Shown here: in pieces, positions 24,231 through 37,870 of the stretch
Position numbering within the stretch: the stretch's first letter is position 1
Layout: each line of letters opens with the position of its first letter
Assembly (NCBI GenBank): GCA_964016885.1
Contig: OZ024740.1
Coordinates: 338,024,001-338,088,000 of the forward strand
Length of the DNA stretch: 64,000 nucleotides
Origin: Eledone cirrhosa
Lineage: Eukaryota
Reading direction: 5' to 3'
Made by a program: the position numbers and the translations under genes
The notes under the pieces: model-generated
The model's database searches: none
What the model was told of the DNA's origin: nothing
What the model saw: the letters and a program-made list of their open reading frames with translations, nothing else

Positions 24231-25017
24231 CCAAATATCACCATCTATACACATTACATATCTATGCTCACACAATCTTCTCTTTTGTACACAATATCTG
24301 AGTGCCCTTAACTCAGATTTTCTCTCAACATCATTGCTTCAATACTCATTCACACTAACATTACACATCCAGTTTGTCACTTGTCTTATGACTGATACAA
24401 ATGTTACTCTCTATAATGCTTGGTTATGTGTATAACAAAATATATCTTTGATTTTGTTCTGTATTTAAATGTTACAAAGGTAGATGGTAGCAGAATGATA
24501 TACATCATTAGAATGACAGACTAAATGTTTTGCCCTGTTTACTGTGTAAATCTCACCAACGCTGAATTTTTTTTCTGTTATTGCTCTGGAGTGAATAAAG
24601 TAGCAGCAATATAATTGTTTCTACTTTAGGCACAAGGGTTGATTCAGTAACTAAAAACCTTCTCCAACAACAAACTTGCAACCAATGTATAGAATTATCC
24701 TTCTCCATTTCCTCCCCATCATTATCATCACAGTCAAGGTCACTTATCATCATCATCATCATCTTCTATCCTGCTCTCCCTCATCATCATCATAATCAAG
24801 GACACCTATATCCTCCCCATGATCACCATCTTCTATCCTATCCTCCATATCATCCTCATCATCACTCATTATTCTCCACTTTCACTCCTCTTCTTTACTA
24901 ATTCTTATTATCATCGTTATCATTATCAAGTAGGAGGAGTTAATCTTGGCAATGTAAATGACCATCTTAATTGTCACTTGTTCTACTACTTAGTCAAGCT
25001 CTTCTCTTTTGTCTTAC

Positions 25018-25060
25018 CTGTTTTGATGACCTTTGGTGGAGACAAGGGATGTTTCACTAC
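25018..25060 (-). CDS. Candidate 43-nt exon of the host gene (an in-frame acceptor 45 nt further upstream is also possible)
   Basis: Strong donor CAG|gtaaga. Phase 0 reads VVKHPLSPPKVIKT. The acceptor is an uncommon AAG after a T-rich tract. Confidence 0.45.
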
Positions 25061-26099
25061 CTTGTTATAAGCACAATAAAAGGCAAATGATAGAATACAA
25101 CAAACCTATGACCATTAAGTCAAAAGGTTTGACACCTCCCTTGTCCATTCTGCCATTTCGCACTCTTTAATAATTACAAACTACGAATTTGATCGACCCT
25201 ATTCAAGCTACTGTTCTCTCACTATAATCTTAGTTAACCTCTTTAGCTTGTATGTCCTTTCTATTTCATTCCATGCTTCTCTTACAATAATAATTCATTA
25301 AAAGCAAGTGGAATCAAGCAGTGAGATTACTAAGTTGAGACTGGATTAAAAGTTAATTAAAAGTGCCATCTTCATACTGGCATCAAGAATTCTATTAAGA
25401 AGGAGTTTCTGAAAGTTAGTGGAAAGCCTGCTGCTCTTTGCAATTAAATAGTACAGCTTTTATTTGTATCATTGCCAGGTTTACAATGTATGTTGATGCA
25501 ATTAAGATCATGTCAGTAGCCTTCTACTGTTATCTGCTTTCAAACAACACATTAAGACAATTTTCTGTTCAACACCATGTAAACTCCATTATATTTGAGA
25601 CAATCTCACTTTAAAAGCCTCATAAATGTATTGAAAACTTTTAAATTTATCTTTTTCTTTTGGGTAATCTTGTTTGTTTCCTTCTTCCCTTCTTTCTCAT
25701 TTGTTAATTTATTTATTCCAGCAATATTCTGTATTAAAAGGATTCTGAAAATCTTAATATTTTTATCATACCATTCTACATGCAATTGTACTATTTACTG
25801 TTAGTTTAGAGGATTGTCTTTTAAATTATTTAGTTCAGGGAGTAGTAGTAGTCAACTCTTGTAGCCCCTCCCAGATAGGTGGAGTTTATGTAGTTGATGT
25901 TCAGATTGAACCACTATATATATTGATACCTGTAAAGAAAACATTGGAAGAGGGATGTTTCAGAGAGCTCTACCTCTGAGGAGAGAAACTTGAACAAAAT
26001 AGAGTGAACTTTGATAGTGGTGAAAAGTAGAAGACAAATAGATTTGTTTGACAGTGATTGTACTCAGCTTACTATCTCAGTTGAAAAGGCAACTCTATA

Positions 26100-26200
26100 A
26101 TAATTGTTTCTACTTTTGGCACAAGTCCAGCAATTATCCAGTGTATTACTGGTACTTTATTTTATCGACCCCGTAAGGATGAAAGGCAAAGTTAACCTCT
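26100..26200 (-). mobile_element. SINE family A, 3' part
   Basis: Reverse complement of the core and tail. Confidence 0.75.
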
Positions 26201-28045
26201 ATAATAATGAATTTGATTTTTTGCTATGACATAGCAGATTGCATAAATGTAAATATGGGTTATTTAAATATCAAATAATACTAATATTCGATTTGTTTGC
26301 AAGCAAACGACCTCATTTATGCTATGTTTTGTTTTTGATATCCATTGTCATCCATTTGTTCAACAGTAGCATCAAAGAACAGCCAACATGTTTCTGGGTC
26401 ATTTCCCTTCATCTTCAGTTTTAGGCACAAGGCCAACAATTTCAGGGAGGGGAAAGTCGATATCGACTCCATTGAGATACTGGTACTTTATCTTATTGGG
26501 CCAGGAAGGATGGAAGGCAAAGCTAACCTCGGTGGAATGAGAAAAAAAAAATGGAAGAGGATAAAATGCATTGCTATTTTAGTATTTACAGTGTGTTGGT
26601 GTGGAAATCTTTACTAATGAGACACATAGTTTTCTTTTAAACATATCTTCTTTAATAGATAATCATTTTTAAACACCTTCTGTCCAGATAGTTAAGAAGT
26701 ACAATAAAGTACCAAACATACTTGTGTATAAGCCAAGAAATATGTCACAAAAATATCCATGTTAAAATGGAGGTCATCTTACAAAATCAATATTTTGCCA
26801 ATTTTCACAAATTCTAACATATATGTAAATATAGGGGCCAATATATGGAATGATACATATTGATACATCCAATAATATCTGTGCGTGAAAATGACAATAT
26901 TTCAACTTTTATCATCATACTTGTAATGCACACATTTGGAAAATATACCTGCAAAATAAGCAAATTTATGGAAATTCCAAGGAAACAAATTAAGGCAAGG
27001 CAGTATACTGTAGTTAAGCAGATATGTCTTGTATATTGAAACATTGTTATGATAAGTATAAAAACTTACAAACACTTTTATAAATATACTGAAATATTGA
27101 CACATGCATAAATTTGTAATCATGCATAAAAAGTCACATTTACACATATGAACACGTAAGTGTAAATAGACTACACACACACACACACATATATCATTAT
27201 CATCATCATCACTGTTTAACGTCTATTTTCCATACTCGCATAGGTTGAATGGCTGCCATGTGCTGAAACCTGACTGGTCAGGTGATTAGGTCCTGCTCAT
27301 ATGCTTTATTTTGGCTTGGTTTCTACGACTGGATGCCCTTCCTAATGCCAACCACTTTACTGTATGTACTGGGAGCATGATTTCTGTAGCTGGATGCACT
27401 TCTTAACACCTACAACTTTACAGAATGTACTGAAAGCATTTTATCAAGACTCCAACAATACCACCTTACAGGGTGGACTTAGGGTTTTTGTAGTATACGT
27501 ATGTGTATATACTTGGGGAGGGTCATATTGTTGTAATAATATTGCCAGAGTTAATAACAGAACACACTCACAGTTTGGTTGGTTTTCGCTTCTGTATCTT
27601 TTATATCAGTTAATTTATTCGGTCCTCAATGTTTACCATTGACTGACCAACGGTAAAAAATACAGATATAATATAGACACAAACACATATATATAGTCTA
27701 ACAAAGTTCTTTTGTTGCACATCTGCAACATTGTCAGTGTTGCTATTATGTTTCCTCCTGTTCTATTGTATGCCTACGCCATCTTTATTTAATCTGTTTA
27801 TTTATTTTGTCTTCTTCTCTGCGCATGCATTTGCGTGTGTCTATAGTGTTTGATGTGTGTTCGCGTTTTGGTTAGTGTATTCTATCTTAGTTTACTAGTG
27901 TGTGTTTATATGGTTGGCGAAAACCAACCAAACAGTGAGTGTGTTCTGTTTTTAATTCTTGCAATATTATTACAATATGACCCACTCCAAGTATAACAAT
28001 ATTTGTTTCGACAAACAATTTCATATCAAAAACCTCGCAAAACAA

Positions 28046-28107
<62 letters not shown>

Positions 28108-28324
28108 TCATTTTTATATCTGTTTTTCTACACTTGTATGGGTTAGATGGGTCCTTCTCAGCACTGCATCTCTCCACTCACTGCATGTCTTCATTATATC
28201 TTCCTCACTCCAACTATTTAATGTCTGATAAATGGGCAACATTCAAACCTTGTATATAAGTTTAGGCAGCTAATCAACAGATTATGTTTAGAAAGCACGG
28301 TTTTGTAAATTTCTCTATATATAT

Positions 28325-28664
28325 GGAGGCACATGGCTTAGTGGTTAGAGCATTGGCTTTGCAATCGAAAGGTTGTGAGTTCAATTCTCAGACCGGGTGA
28401 TGTGTTGTTTCCTTGAGCAAGACACTTTATTTCACATTGCTCCAATTTACTCAGCTGTAGAAATGAGATGATAGGGACTGGAGTCCATATCATTCCACTG
28501 CAAAGTGGTTGTAGAGGTGCCACAGCAAAAAAAGCACCCAGCACTCACTGTAAATGAGGTTGGTGTGAGGAAGGGCATCCAGCTGTAGAACTCAAGCCAG
28601 AATCAGTTCCCGTCCCACCCTTGCAAGCAGGGAAAAGCGGACGTAAAATGATGATGATCATGAT
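28325..28664 (+). mobile_element. CORE-SINE family B (tRNA head + CORE + RTE-derived tail)
   Basis: A box tggcttagtgg, B box gagttcaattc, CORE-like ccttgagcaagacacttt...ctcagctgtagaaatg, and a tail matching the RTE 3' UTR with (GAT)n. Confidence 0.88.
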
Positions 28665-28809
28665 AATATACATCTGTGTATGAAGTGTGATGCTGCAATG
28701 GTAGTGAAACATGGTCAGTGACTGCATAAGACATGCATAGACTAGAGAGAAATGAAGCAGCCATGCTTGGTTGAATGTGCAATGTAAATGTGAGAGAAAG
28801 GCAGAGAAA

Positions 28810-29002
28810 GGGCGGTGGATAGGCAGTATTGGTAGAGGGTCGGACGCCATGCTTTGCAGCAAAGAGTTACGGCCCTTTATGGTCTGAGTTCAAATCCTGT
28901 CGAGATTAACTTTGCCTTTCATCCTTATGGGGTCGATAAAATAAAGTACCAGTAATACACTGAGATAATTGCTGGCCTTGTGCCAAAAGTAGAAACAATT
29001 AT
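28810..29002 (+). mobile_element. SINE family A, full length
   Basis: Matches 948-1140. Confidence 0.85.
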
Positions 29003-30814
29003 ATCTTCTGCGAGTTTCAGCGATATGAGGTTAGCTCTCACCACCTGTGCTCAAGTCTTTCTTGGTCTACCTCTACTGCGACTTCCTTCAACTGGCATTT
29101 CCTGGCAGTTCTTCACCTAGTGATAATCATTCTTGTGCATCACATGCCCATTGCAATGCAGTCTTCTCTCTGGCACACCACCTTGGATTACTCTTAAACC
29201 CAGTTTCTTTCTCAGTTCATCCAAACTTTGCCGTTCTCTCACATTTACATTGCACATTCAACAAAGTATGGCTGCTTCATTTATCTCTAGTCTATGCATG
29301 TCTTATGCAGTCACTGACCATGTTTCTCTACCATACAGCATCACACTTCATACACAGATGTATATATATATAAAAATTTACAAAACTGTGCTTTCTAAAC
29401 AGAATCTGATGATTAGCTGCCTAAACTTATATACGAGGTTTGGATTTTACCCATTTATCAGACATAAAATAGTTGGGGTGAGGTGTTGGCTTATGTTTGG
29501 ATTGGCTTATGTTTGGATAGCTATTAATTGAACTTTGTATTTTCAACAAGTGTTAAAAAGAAAAAGAAAAAACAAAGCGAGCTGAAGCATTTTCTATATG
29601 TGGAAAATAATTTTGGTGAATTTCTAAAGAAAGATAGCAAAGATAGCATTTGTGGTGATTTTGAGGTGTTTATCTGTGTGTTCATGATTGAGAAGAATTT
29701 AGTGTTGACAATGTTGTAATGGTGCTGCTAAATAAGAACTTGTCATGTCCTCATTGTAAGATATTTTGCTTCTACTAACATTAGCATAGTAAAAGTGTGT
29801 ATTCGACAAAAATTGAACCCATAAGCTATTTCAATTAAACAAGTGAAATGTATGAAATGTTACAGCTAGCATTTCTAAATAGAGATATATTGACAAAGAT
29901 TATACTTTTAAGTTTCGCTGTTACCTCTTCATAATTCATTGGATACTGAAGTATGTAGAGTCATATAGCTGGCTTAACTAGGTTTTAATTCCTGAAGCTA
30001 ATATTCCTGTATTTTTGTCACTCAGCCATTATACTGAATAGATAGAATCGTGATCAAGTCAAATGCACTTTCCTAGCAGAAAATTTCAAAAAATAAATTA
30101 GATTATTCTGTTAGAAGAAAACAGAACAAAGAAAACTATTTTTGAAAATTCATTCAATTTTTAAAAACTTCTGCAAGCAAGGTCATTTATTTGCAGTCAT
30201 GGAGCAGACTTGCTTTTTAATAGTAATGTTTGAATAACAAATAACATATTACTTATGGCTTTTGGTTCGATTTATTAACCAGATATCTACTTTTAATAAT
30301 TATACTATTATTGCTTTAGGTTCTATAAATTAACCAGATAACTATCTTTAATCATTAATGTTACTTTGTTTCTTCAGGCTAATCTTTTTACAGACAATAT
30401 TGCCATCTGAATTATTCTTAGTATAATTTCTGCTACTTATTTCAGTTGAAAGACATAGTCAACTTTTGAACTCTGCATATGTAAACATACTTCCTCTCAT
30501 TTAATACAACATTCTATAGTGTCTACCAAACACATCTAGCTGTAACAGTTTTAATATCTGTTTGGTGACACATCTTTTATGTCTGTATAAGGAAACAAAT
30601 TTAAAAGGAATTGAATTATCAATTTTCTTGGTCTGAGAATTTGACTGGTACCTTTTATTGTTTCTGAACATTGAAAGGTCAAATTCGACTGCAACAGCAT
30701 TGCAATTCAGAACATAAAGAGACATAAATCAATACCACAAGGTATTTAGTCTATAGCACTAATAAGTAACATATTAACTGCATGTTGTTGTTGTTGCTAT
30801 TGTTTATCCCAGCA

Positions 30815-31160
30815 CCCCCACCACCATACCTATGAGACACAATCACCCACCATATTACTGCCCTTCCATCCTACCATACCTACCATGATACAGTCACCCA
30901 TCATGTTACTACCCTCACTACTCCACCATACCTACCATGACATAGTCACCCACCATACCTACGAGACACAATCAGCCACCATATTACTGCCCTTCCATCC
31001 TACCATACCTACCATGATACAGTCACCCATCATGTTACCACCCTCACTACTCCACCATACCTACCATGACAGTCATCCACCATACCTACTATGATTCAAT
31101 CACCCACCGTATTACTGCCCTTCCATCCTACCATACTTACCATGACAGTCACTAATCAAA
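30815..31160. repeat. Complex minisatellite, about 2.5 copies of a ~129-bp unit built from caccatacctac subrepeats
   Basis: gagacacaatca.ccaccatattactgcccttccatcctaccatacctaccatgatacagtcacccatcatgttac recurs at about 30833 and 30963, and partially at about 31095. Confidence 0.85.
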
Positions 31161-31456
31161 TTGCTGCCATCTAATACGATGATACGAAGCAGTTATAGGT
31201 TTGTTCTTTCTTTAGGGTACCACACACCTAAAGACAATGTGTGGTAGCAGTAGGTGTTCAAAGTAATAAAGTCCAACGAAATTGTTTTCTTGTTAAATTA
31301 TTCAGAAAGCAGAGTAATGTTAATAAATCAAAGCAGATATAGACGACCAGTACGGATTGGTAAAAACGTTGTCTGAATAAATCATCTGTCTTGCAGACAA
31401 AATTCCTTCTAAAACATTTTTGTTTGTTTGTCTAACTTATTTATTTCATAATTTAC

Positions 31457-31575
31457 CTCCAGCAGTTTTTCTCTTTGACTTTCGCCTTTCTTTTCTCCAT
31501 TTTCTAATTCTTGTGTTTTTGTTCGCGGATACAAGACTGGTTGATTAGTTCCTGTTAGGTTTGAATGGACACAAA
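31457..31575 (-). CDS. Probable 119-nt coding exon of an unidentified host gene
   Basis: Acceptor ttatctttgttattttgcag, donor GAG|gtaaat. Phase 1 to 0 reads xCVHSNLTGTNQPVLYPRTKTQELENGEKKGESQREKLLE. The sequence is purine-rich and not a repeat. Confidence 0.6.
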
Positions 31576-32063
31576 CTGCAAAATAACAAAGATAATGGGA
31601 AACTGCTGATAATGAAATAGTAGAAAATACCAACATTTCCTAAACATTGAAACTATAATGTTGTTCTAGAGAACATCACTGTTGATTGCAAAATCACAGG
31701 GAAATGATATATTAACAGGGGAATGGAAGGGACCTCTGTCGGTTTTGATGATGAATGTTTCATTTATTCAATCTATTGAACAAATAACCTGCTTACGAAA
31801 TTAACGTGTAAATAGCTAAGCATTCTATAAACACGTATATCGTTAATGTAATTCTTAGGGAGATTCAACAGTATATACTGTGTGTGACAAAACTGGCCCT
31901 TTGAATTACAACTACAGTCTATCTGATGATCTTCGAGACAGTTTCCATCTATCAAATTTTATCTCACAAGCGCTGGTTCTTGGCCAAAATCCACAATTGT
32001 GGAGCAGTGAATCTCTACCTATTAGTTAAACTATTATCACATGATTGGTATGTATATGATAAA

Positions 32064-32127
<64 letters not shown>

Positions 32128-32129
<2 letters not shown>

Positions 32130-32461
32130 CATCATCATCATCATCATCATCATCCTTATTTTACGTCCGCTTTTCCCTGCTTGCAAGGGTGGGACGGGAA
32201 CTGATTCTGGCTTGATTTCTACAGCTGGATGCCTTTCCTAACACCAACCTCATTTACAGTGAGTGTTGGGTGCTTTTTTGCCGTGGCACCTCCACGACCA
32301 CTTTGCAGTGGAATGATAGGGAACTCAGTCCTATCATCTCATTTCTACAGCTGAGTAAACTGGAGCAATGTGAAATAAAGTGTCTTGCTCAAGGAAACAA
32401 CAGATCACCCGGTCTGAGAATTGAACTCACAACCTTTCGATTGCAAGGCCAATGCGCCTCC
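32128..32461 (-). mobile_element. CORE-SINE family B, A-box region deleted
   Basis: Reverse complement of the 28325 family. Confidence 0.85.
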
Positions 32462-32488
32462 ATTATATATATTGGAAAATATATAAAA

Positions 32489-32680
32489 GGGCGGTGGATT
32501 GGCAGTATCAGTAGAGGGTCGGACGCCATGCTTTGACGCATAGAGTTACGTCCCTTGCCATTCTGAGTTCAAATCCCACCAAGGTTAACTTTGCCTTTCA
32601 TCCTCACGGGGTCGATAAAATAAAGTACCAGTAATGCACTGGATAATTGCTGGCCTTGTGCCTAAAGTAGAAACAATTAT
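32489..32680 (+). mobile_element. SINE family A, full length
   Basis: Matches 948-1140. attatatatattggaaaat occurs on both sides as a possible target duplication. Confidence 0.85.
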
Positions 32681-32830
32681 ATATATTGGAAAATGTGAGA
32701 TCCTTGGTACAGTTAGGTATATTTGAAAAAAAGAAAAAGAATGACTTCACTTGTAGTGTTATAATATTATATTATAAAATTAAATCAAATTATTTAACAC
32801 TACAAGTGAAGTCATTCTTTTCCTTTTTTT

Positions 32831-32879
<49 letters not shown>

Positions 32880-33289
32880 ACACACTTTATCATATACATA
32901 CCATATATATATAGTTGAACAAATAAAACAAAACAAACATAGGGATGCAAAAATACACAGCCTTATTAGGTTCACGCTTAGAGTGAGGTGGTGGCGCATG
33001 TAGAACAGAAGTGGTTTAGTAGGGAGCTGTGGTGGCAGCATATGTGTATGTATCATTGTGTATGTGTATTGGTGGTACAAGTTGTTAGTAGTTGGTGGGT
33101 ATGTATTGGTGGTGGAGTAACAGGGGAGTGAAAGTAGATTGGACAGTGAGGTAGTTGCAGTCTGTGTAGAGATTGTTAGCAGTATATAAATTCCCCCATT
33201 TAAGCTACCAAGGGAAGTCGAGTACCAACATAACCCTCCTCCCTCCAGCAATGAAATGCCAGTACCTCAGCCTCCCCCCCACTCGCAGC

Positions 33290-33660
33290 ATAACCATGTG
33301 CACTGAGCACTTTAATGCTGTAATGAAATAGTGCATCCAGTCCAACCTGTAAGATGGTAGTGATGGTACCACGACAAAATGCACATAGTTGATCCTGTAA
33401 AGTGGTAAAGTTGGAATCACGATAAAATGTTCCCAGAACACTTTGTAATGTGGTTGGTGTTAGGATGGGCATTCAGCTGTAGAAACCATACTCCCAGGGC
33501 ACACTGTAAAGTTGTTGGCATTAAGAAGAGCATCCAGCCATAGAAACAATGCCAAAACAAAGTGTATGAGCAGGACCTAGTCACCTAACCAGTCTGACCT
33601 CAGCGCACAACAGCCATCTAACTCTTGCAAGCAAAGAAAATAGATATTAAATGGTGACAA
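33290..33660 (+). mobile_element. Non-autonomous RTE-tail element with multiple ~45-bp units
   Basis: Repeated ..gcatccagtcca.c.tgtaa units, two ggttgg..ttagga.gggcat.cagc..tagaaac motifs, and an RTE-like end. Confidence 0.65.
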
Positions 33661-34588
33661 TAATGTTGACAATAATATATATATACACATTTTTGTGTGT
33701 ATTCATGAGTTTGTGTACATATAGATGTACCTGGATTTACAAAATGCTTAATAATAGTGGCTCTAAATACAGTTTTGCAATGATCAGGTAAGAGTAGTGG
33801 AAACCGTTGTTGATGACAAAATAATAATGGTTGTAATTATTTTGTGAATAAGAACTATTTTCTCTCTTTGGAAGTGAGACTATATGTTCTTCTCTCTAGA
33901 TATGTTGAACAAGTGCCCTATCATTAAATTATGATAAACATAAGTTAGAAAGTTGATTATATGATTCTTTAAAAGATTTTTTCAGAGTCTACTTCACTAT
34001 TACAATCCTGTAAAGATTTAACAGAAGATATCTTAAAAGGGGTTTGTTAATTCAAATGTTTATAATATCTTTACTAGTAGACAGATTATTGCCAAAAAAT
34101 TCGCAGTAAACTAAAGTCTTTAATGTTTAATATGATACTGTCATAGTGCCGTTTTGTACAAAATGTTTATATCTTTACAAGTTGACAGATTGTAAAAATT
34201 TGCATGTAAAAATTTGCATTTTAATGTGTTGTTTTATACTTATTTAGAATGTTATGATAATGTAGCTTCCTGTGATACAGGACATTAAGGATTAAAAATT
34301 GTTGACCATAGTTAAAACAACAAATATCAATGGATTTTGGTCATTTTTTATGACAAATTCTATTGGTATCAATTTAATCTTGTAACTAAAATACAGGGTA
34401 CACCAAAAGTACTATTTAAAAAAAGAAATCAATTTTTTTTATTAAAATACATTTTTTTTTTCTTTCAGGTTAAAGTTGAATAACAAGATCCAATTGTGAA
34501 ATTTGATTTAAAGATAAAAAATTAATTTTGAGTTAATTTGTAATCTTTTTTTAATAAAAATAGGTAAGAAGTGACTTTTGCCCACTCT

Positions 34589-35031
34589 ATCATCATCATC
34601 ATCATTGTTTTACGTCCGTTCTTCCACGCTAGCATGGGTTAGACGGGTTGTCCTGTTGTGGGCAGTGTCCAGTTGGCTGACCTTGTCTTGCTCATAAAGG
34701 ACATGATTCTGGCTTGATTTCTACAGCTGGATGCCCTTCCTAACACCAACCTCATTTACAGTGAGTGCTGGATGCTTTTTTTCCATGGCACCTACACGTC
34801 CACTTTACAGTGTGGGCTGGGTGCTTTTTTGCCGTGGCACCTCCACGACCACTTTGCAGTGGAATGATAGGGAACTCAGTCCTATCATCTCATTTCTACA
34901 GCTGAGTAAACTGGAGCAATGTGAAATAAAATGTCTTGCTCAAGGAAATAACACATCACCCGGTCCGAGAATTGAACTCACAACCTTTCGATTGCAAGCC
35001 CAATGCTCTAACCACTAAGCCATGCGCCTTC
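34589..35031 (-). mobile_element. CORE-SINE family B, long-tail variant carrying most of the RTE 3' UTR
   Basis: tRNA head and CORE at 34870-35031. 34589-34860 is nearly identical to the LINE 3' UTR at 42829-43085. Confidence 0.88.
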
Positions 35032-35202
35032 ACTTTTTGTTTATTGTAAATCACTGTATAACAATCTGGAGAGGAGTAGTTGACTGACTGGAATTAATTA
35101 GCAGTAGCACTAATACAATGTGATTGATAATAGAGTTGTATATGAAGGGATGTACAATATGTTTATGTGTAACAAACATATACAAGTCTTGCCATGAGTG
35201 TC

Positions 35203-35413
35203 TTAACTCTTTAGCATTTACATTACTCTATATTTACTATTATATTTTCATGGTAAATGCATTACCTCACATAATTATCTCACACAATATCGAATCTATG
35301 AGATTTTGATATTATTTATTTTGAGAACAATACCTTAACATAAGTATGAGAGGCCGGTTACAGCTGGTTTGAACAGAAAGAGATGAGAGCCAGTTTAAAT
35401 GCTAATGGGTTAA
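35203..35413. mobile_element. TTAA-flanked MITE, intact
   Basis: TTAA-ctctttagcattta ... taaatgctaatggg-TTAA imperfect TIRs. Confidence 0.75.
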
Positions 35414-37531
35414 GCTGTGATCATGTCACAGCTACCTTATTACTCATGTGAAAATGTCAGACAATAGTTTTTTTCAGGATTTTTGTATCCGTCATCAGAG
35501 ATATTTACTCACTTGGTACTTGATACAAAGATAAGCTATAACATATATACTTTTACCAGACAAAACATCTGCTGAAGATGCTCTTTTGCATATAGTGTAG
35601 AGATGTGGAATTTGGGCAGTGGATTGTGATATGGGGTAATTATAAGAAGCTATTTATGATAACTTCTGAATCTTGTAGCTGGTTGTTATTGGCTGGCTGG
35701 TATTTAATATTTATCAGAATATTTTCTTTGAACCACCGGGTATTGGTATTATGGCCTATAGTTCTGATAGTGATTGCAATGTTTATTTTTTAACAATAAG
35801 CAGTCAACACCTGCCACTCATGTGTCTTTATTGCTAAATATGGATGATATACTCATCTTCATATCTTCCAATGGAGTAGCTAACACTATATTCATTCTGT
35901 GAGTATGTATGATCACATACAATTTAGGATTGTTTGTGTTTTATATAACACACACACACAGAATCAGAAAGAATGCAACATAATTGTTCCAACATATTTG
36001 GAATTTGAATAGAATGATATTGACAAAAATATGTATAATAAAATAAGCTGTTCAATTGTTGAAAATATCATTACCTTCATTTCTGTTTTTATTGGGGATA
36101 ATCATGCAACAATTTGACATTCATACCAAAAAAGTAAGATGTATCTAAGAAAATTTTTTAAACTTAAGAATTCATCCCAACTATAAAGAGATAATTATTG
36201 CTTTCCAAAGTCGATAAAATAAGAAGTGAGCTCGATGTACTTGACTTTATCTGAGAAAGTGGTGCCCTGGCATAGCCACAGTCAGTAGACTGAAGCTTGG
36301 AAAAGAATAAAAAATAGAAGGAAACTATTTACATAATGCCTGAATGTATAAAGTATATGTATAAGTATATATATATATTTATAAGAAGTTTAGAGTTGAT
36401 CTATAATGTATGAATTTGTTTATAGTTGATATGAGACATAGTGGTAATATGTTTAGTGCATAGAGTGATAACTCTGTTACCACAAAGATTTCATGCAGTA
36501 ATAGCTTTATCCTTTTTGTTCCCTAATCTATTTTAAAGATATTTAGAATTGAATTTTTTTTAGTCTGCTATGATGATCATAAAGTATTTATTTTTCTTTC
36601 TTGTACTTAAATTTCTCCTAAGTCTCTCAAAACTAATCCCTTGTATTTATCTAGCTTTTACCGAACATCTGAAAGATTCAAAGAGCTAGGGGTTTCTTCA
36701 TTCTAATGCTGTAATTCCTTATGGATCTAAATCCTTTATATTAAGTTATTTCTTAGAGTAAGTAAAATATTGTTGCCAAAAGTACTATCATTCTAAATAT
36801 TAAGCCATACTTTTCATTTGACCATTATGTTTGTATTATCTTCTGGGATTTGAAGACAACATGAAAAATACAGATAAGTCAGGCTAGATGTGGATCAATT
36901 ATATACTCCTTGGTGACTTTGCAACTTTTCAAGGAAAAAATACCGTTTATAAAATATAGGGTGAACTGTTGCATATTTGCAAAATACATATCTGTGACTT
37001 GGTGGATAATTTATCTTGGAGAGAAGGTAAATATATTATGAAGATATCAGATCAACTCTTGTTTTTTTAATATTATTTAGTTATTATCAAATTTCTAGTG
37101 GGAAAATTCAGGTATATTCATGGGTCTTTTTAAAAAAACCGTTTCTCAATCAATTTGTTGAGCTGAAGTACACATAACTCTCTATATATATCAGTTGGCA
37201 ATGAAAGAATTCTCTCTCAGTGCAATGTTTCATGGTAGTGAAACATTGGTGTTGGGTGTGGAGATTATGCAAAGGCTAGAAATAAATTAATCAAGCATGT
37301 TCTGCTAGATATGTAATATTAGTGTGCATAAACAACGATGCACAAATGCATTGAGAGATAAACTGGGTACAAGAGAAATTTTATGTACTGTGCATAGGAG
37401 AAGATTATACACTAGTACAGGCATGTAATGTGTATGTATGATGATTGTTGGCTGAGGAAGTGACAACAGTTCCAAGTAAAAGACAATCATGGAAGAAAGA
37501 CTGGGAACATGTACTGAACCTCACAAAGGAG

Positions 37532-37870
37532 ATCATCATCATCATCATTTTACGTCTGTTTTTCTCTGCTTGCAAAGGTGGGACGGGAACTGATTCTGGC
37601 TTGATTTCTACAGCTGGATGCCCTTCCTAACACCAACCTCATTTACAGTGAGTGCTGGGTGCTTTTTTGCCGTGGCACCTCCACGACCACTTTGCAGTGG
37701 AATGATATGGACCCCAGTCCCTATCATCTCATTTCTACAGCTGAGTAAACTGGAGCAATGTGAAATAAAGTGTCTTGCTCAAGGAAACAACACATCACCC
37801 GGTCTGAGAATTGAACTCACAACCTTTTGATTGCAAGCCGAATGGTCTAACCACTAAGCCATGTGCCCCC
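37532..37870 (-). mobile_element. CORE-SINE family B inserted into an older + strand RTE 3' fragment (37205-37530, 37890-37980)
   Basis: Family B sequence. The flanks carry gcaatgtttcatggtagtgaaac and an RTE tail. Confidence 0.85.

Noticed and set aside
28325-28400. Functional tRNA genes at SINE heads
   Set aside because: A and B boxes are present, but the acceptor and anticodon stems pair poorly and each head runs into a SINE body.
30490-30582. Minus-strand segment with a good acceptor and a gtatgt donor
   Set aside because: Stop codons in all three frames.
34450-34570. Strong plus-strand acceptor tttttctttcag
   Set aside because: The downstream sequence is AT-rich with early stops, and no consistent plus-strand exon chain was found.
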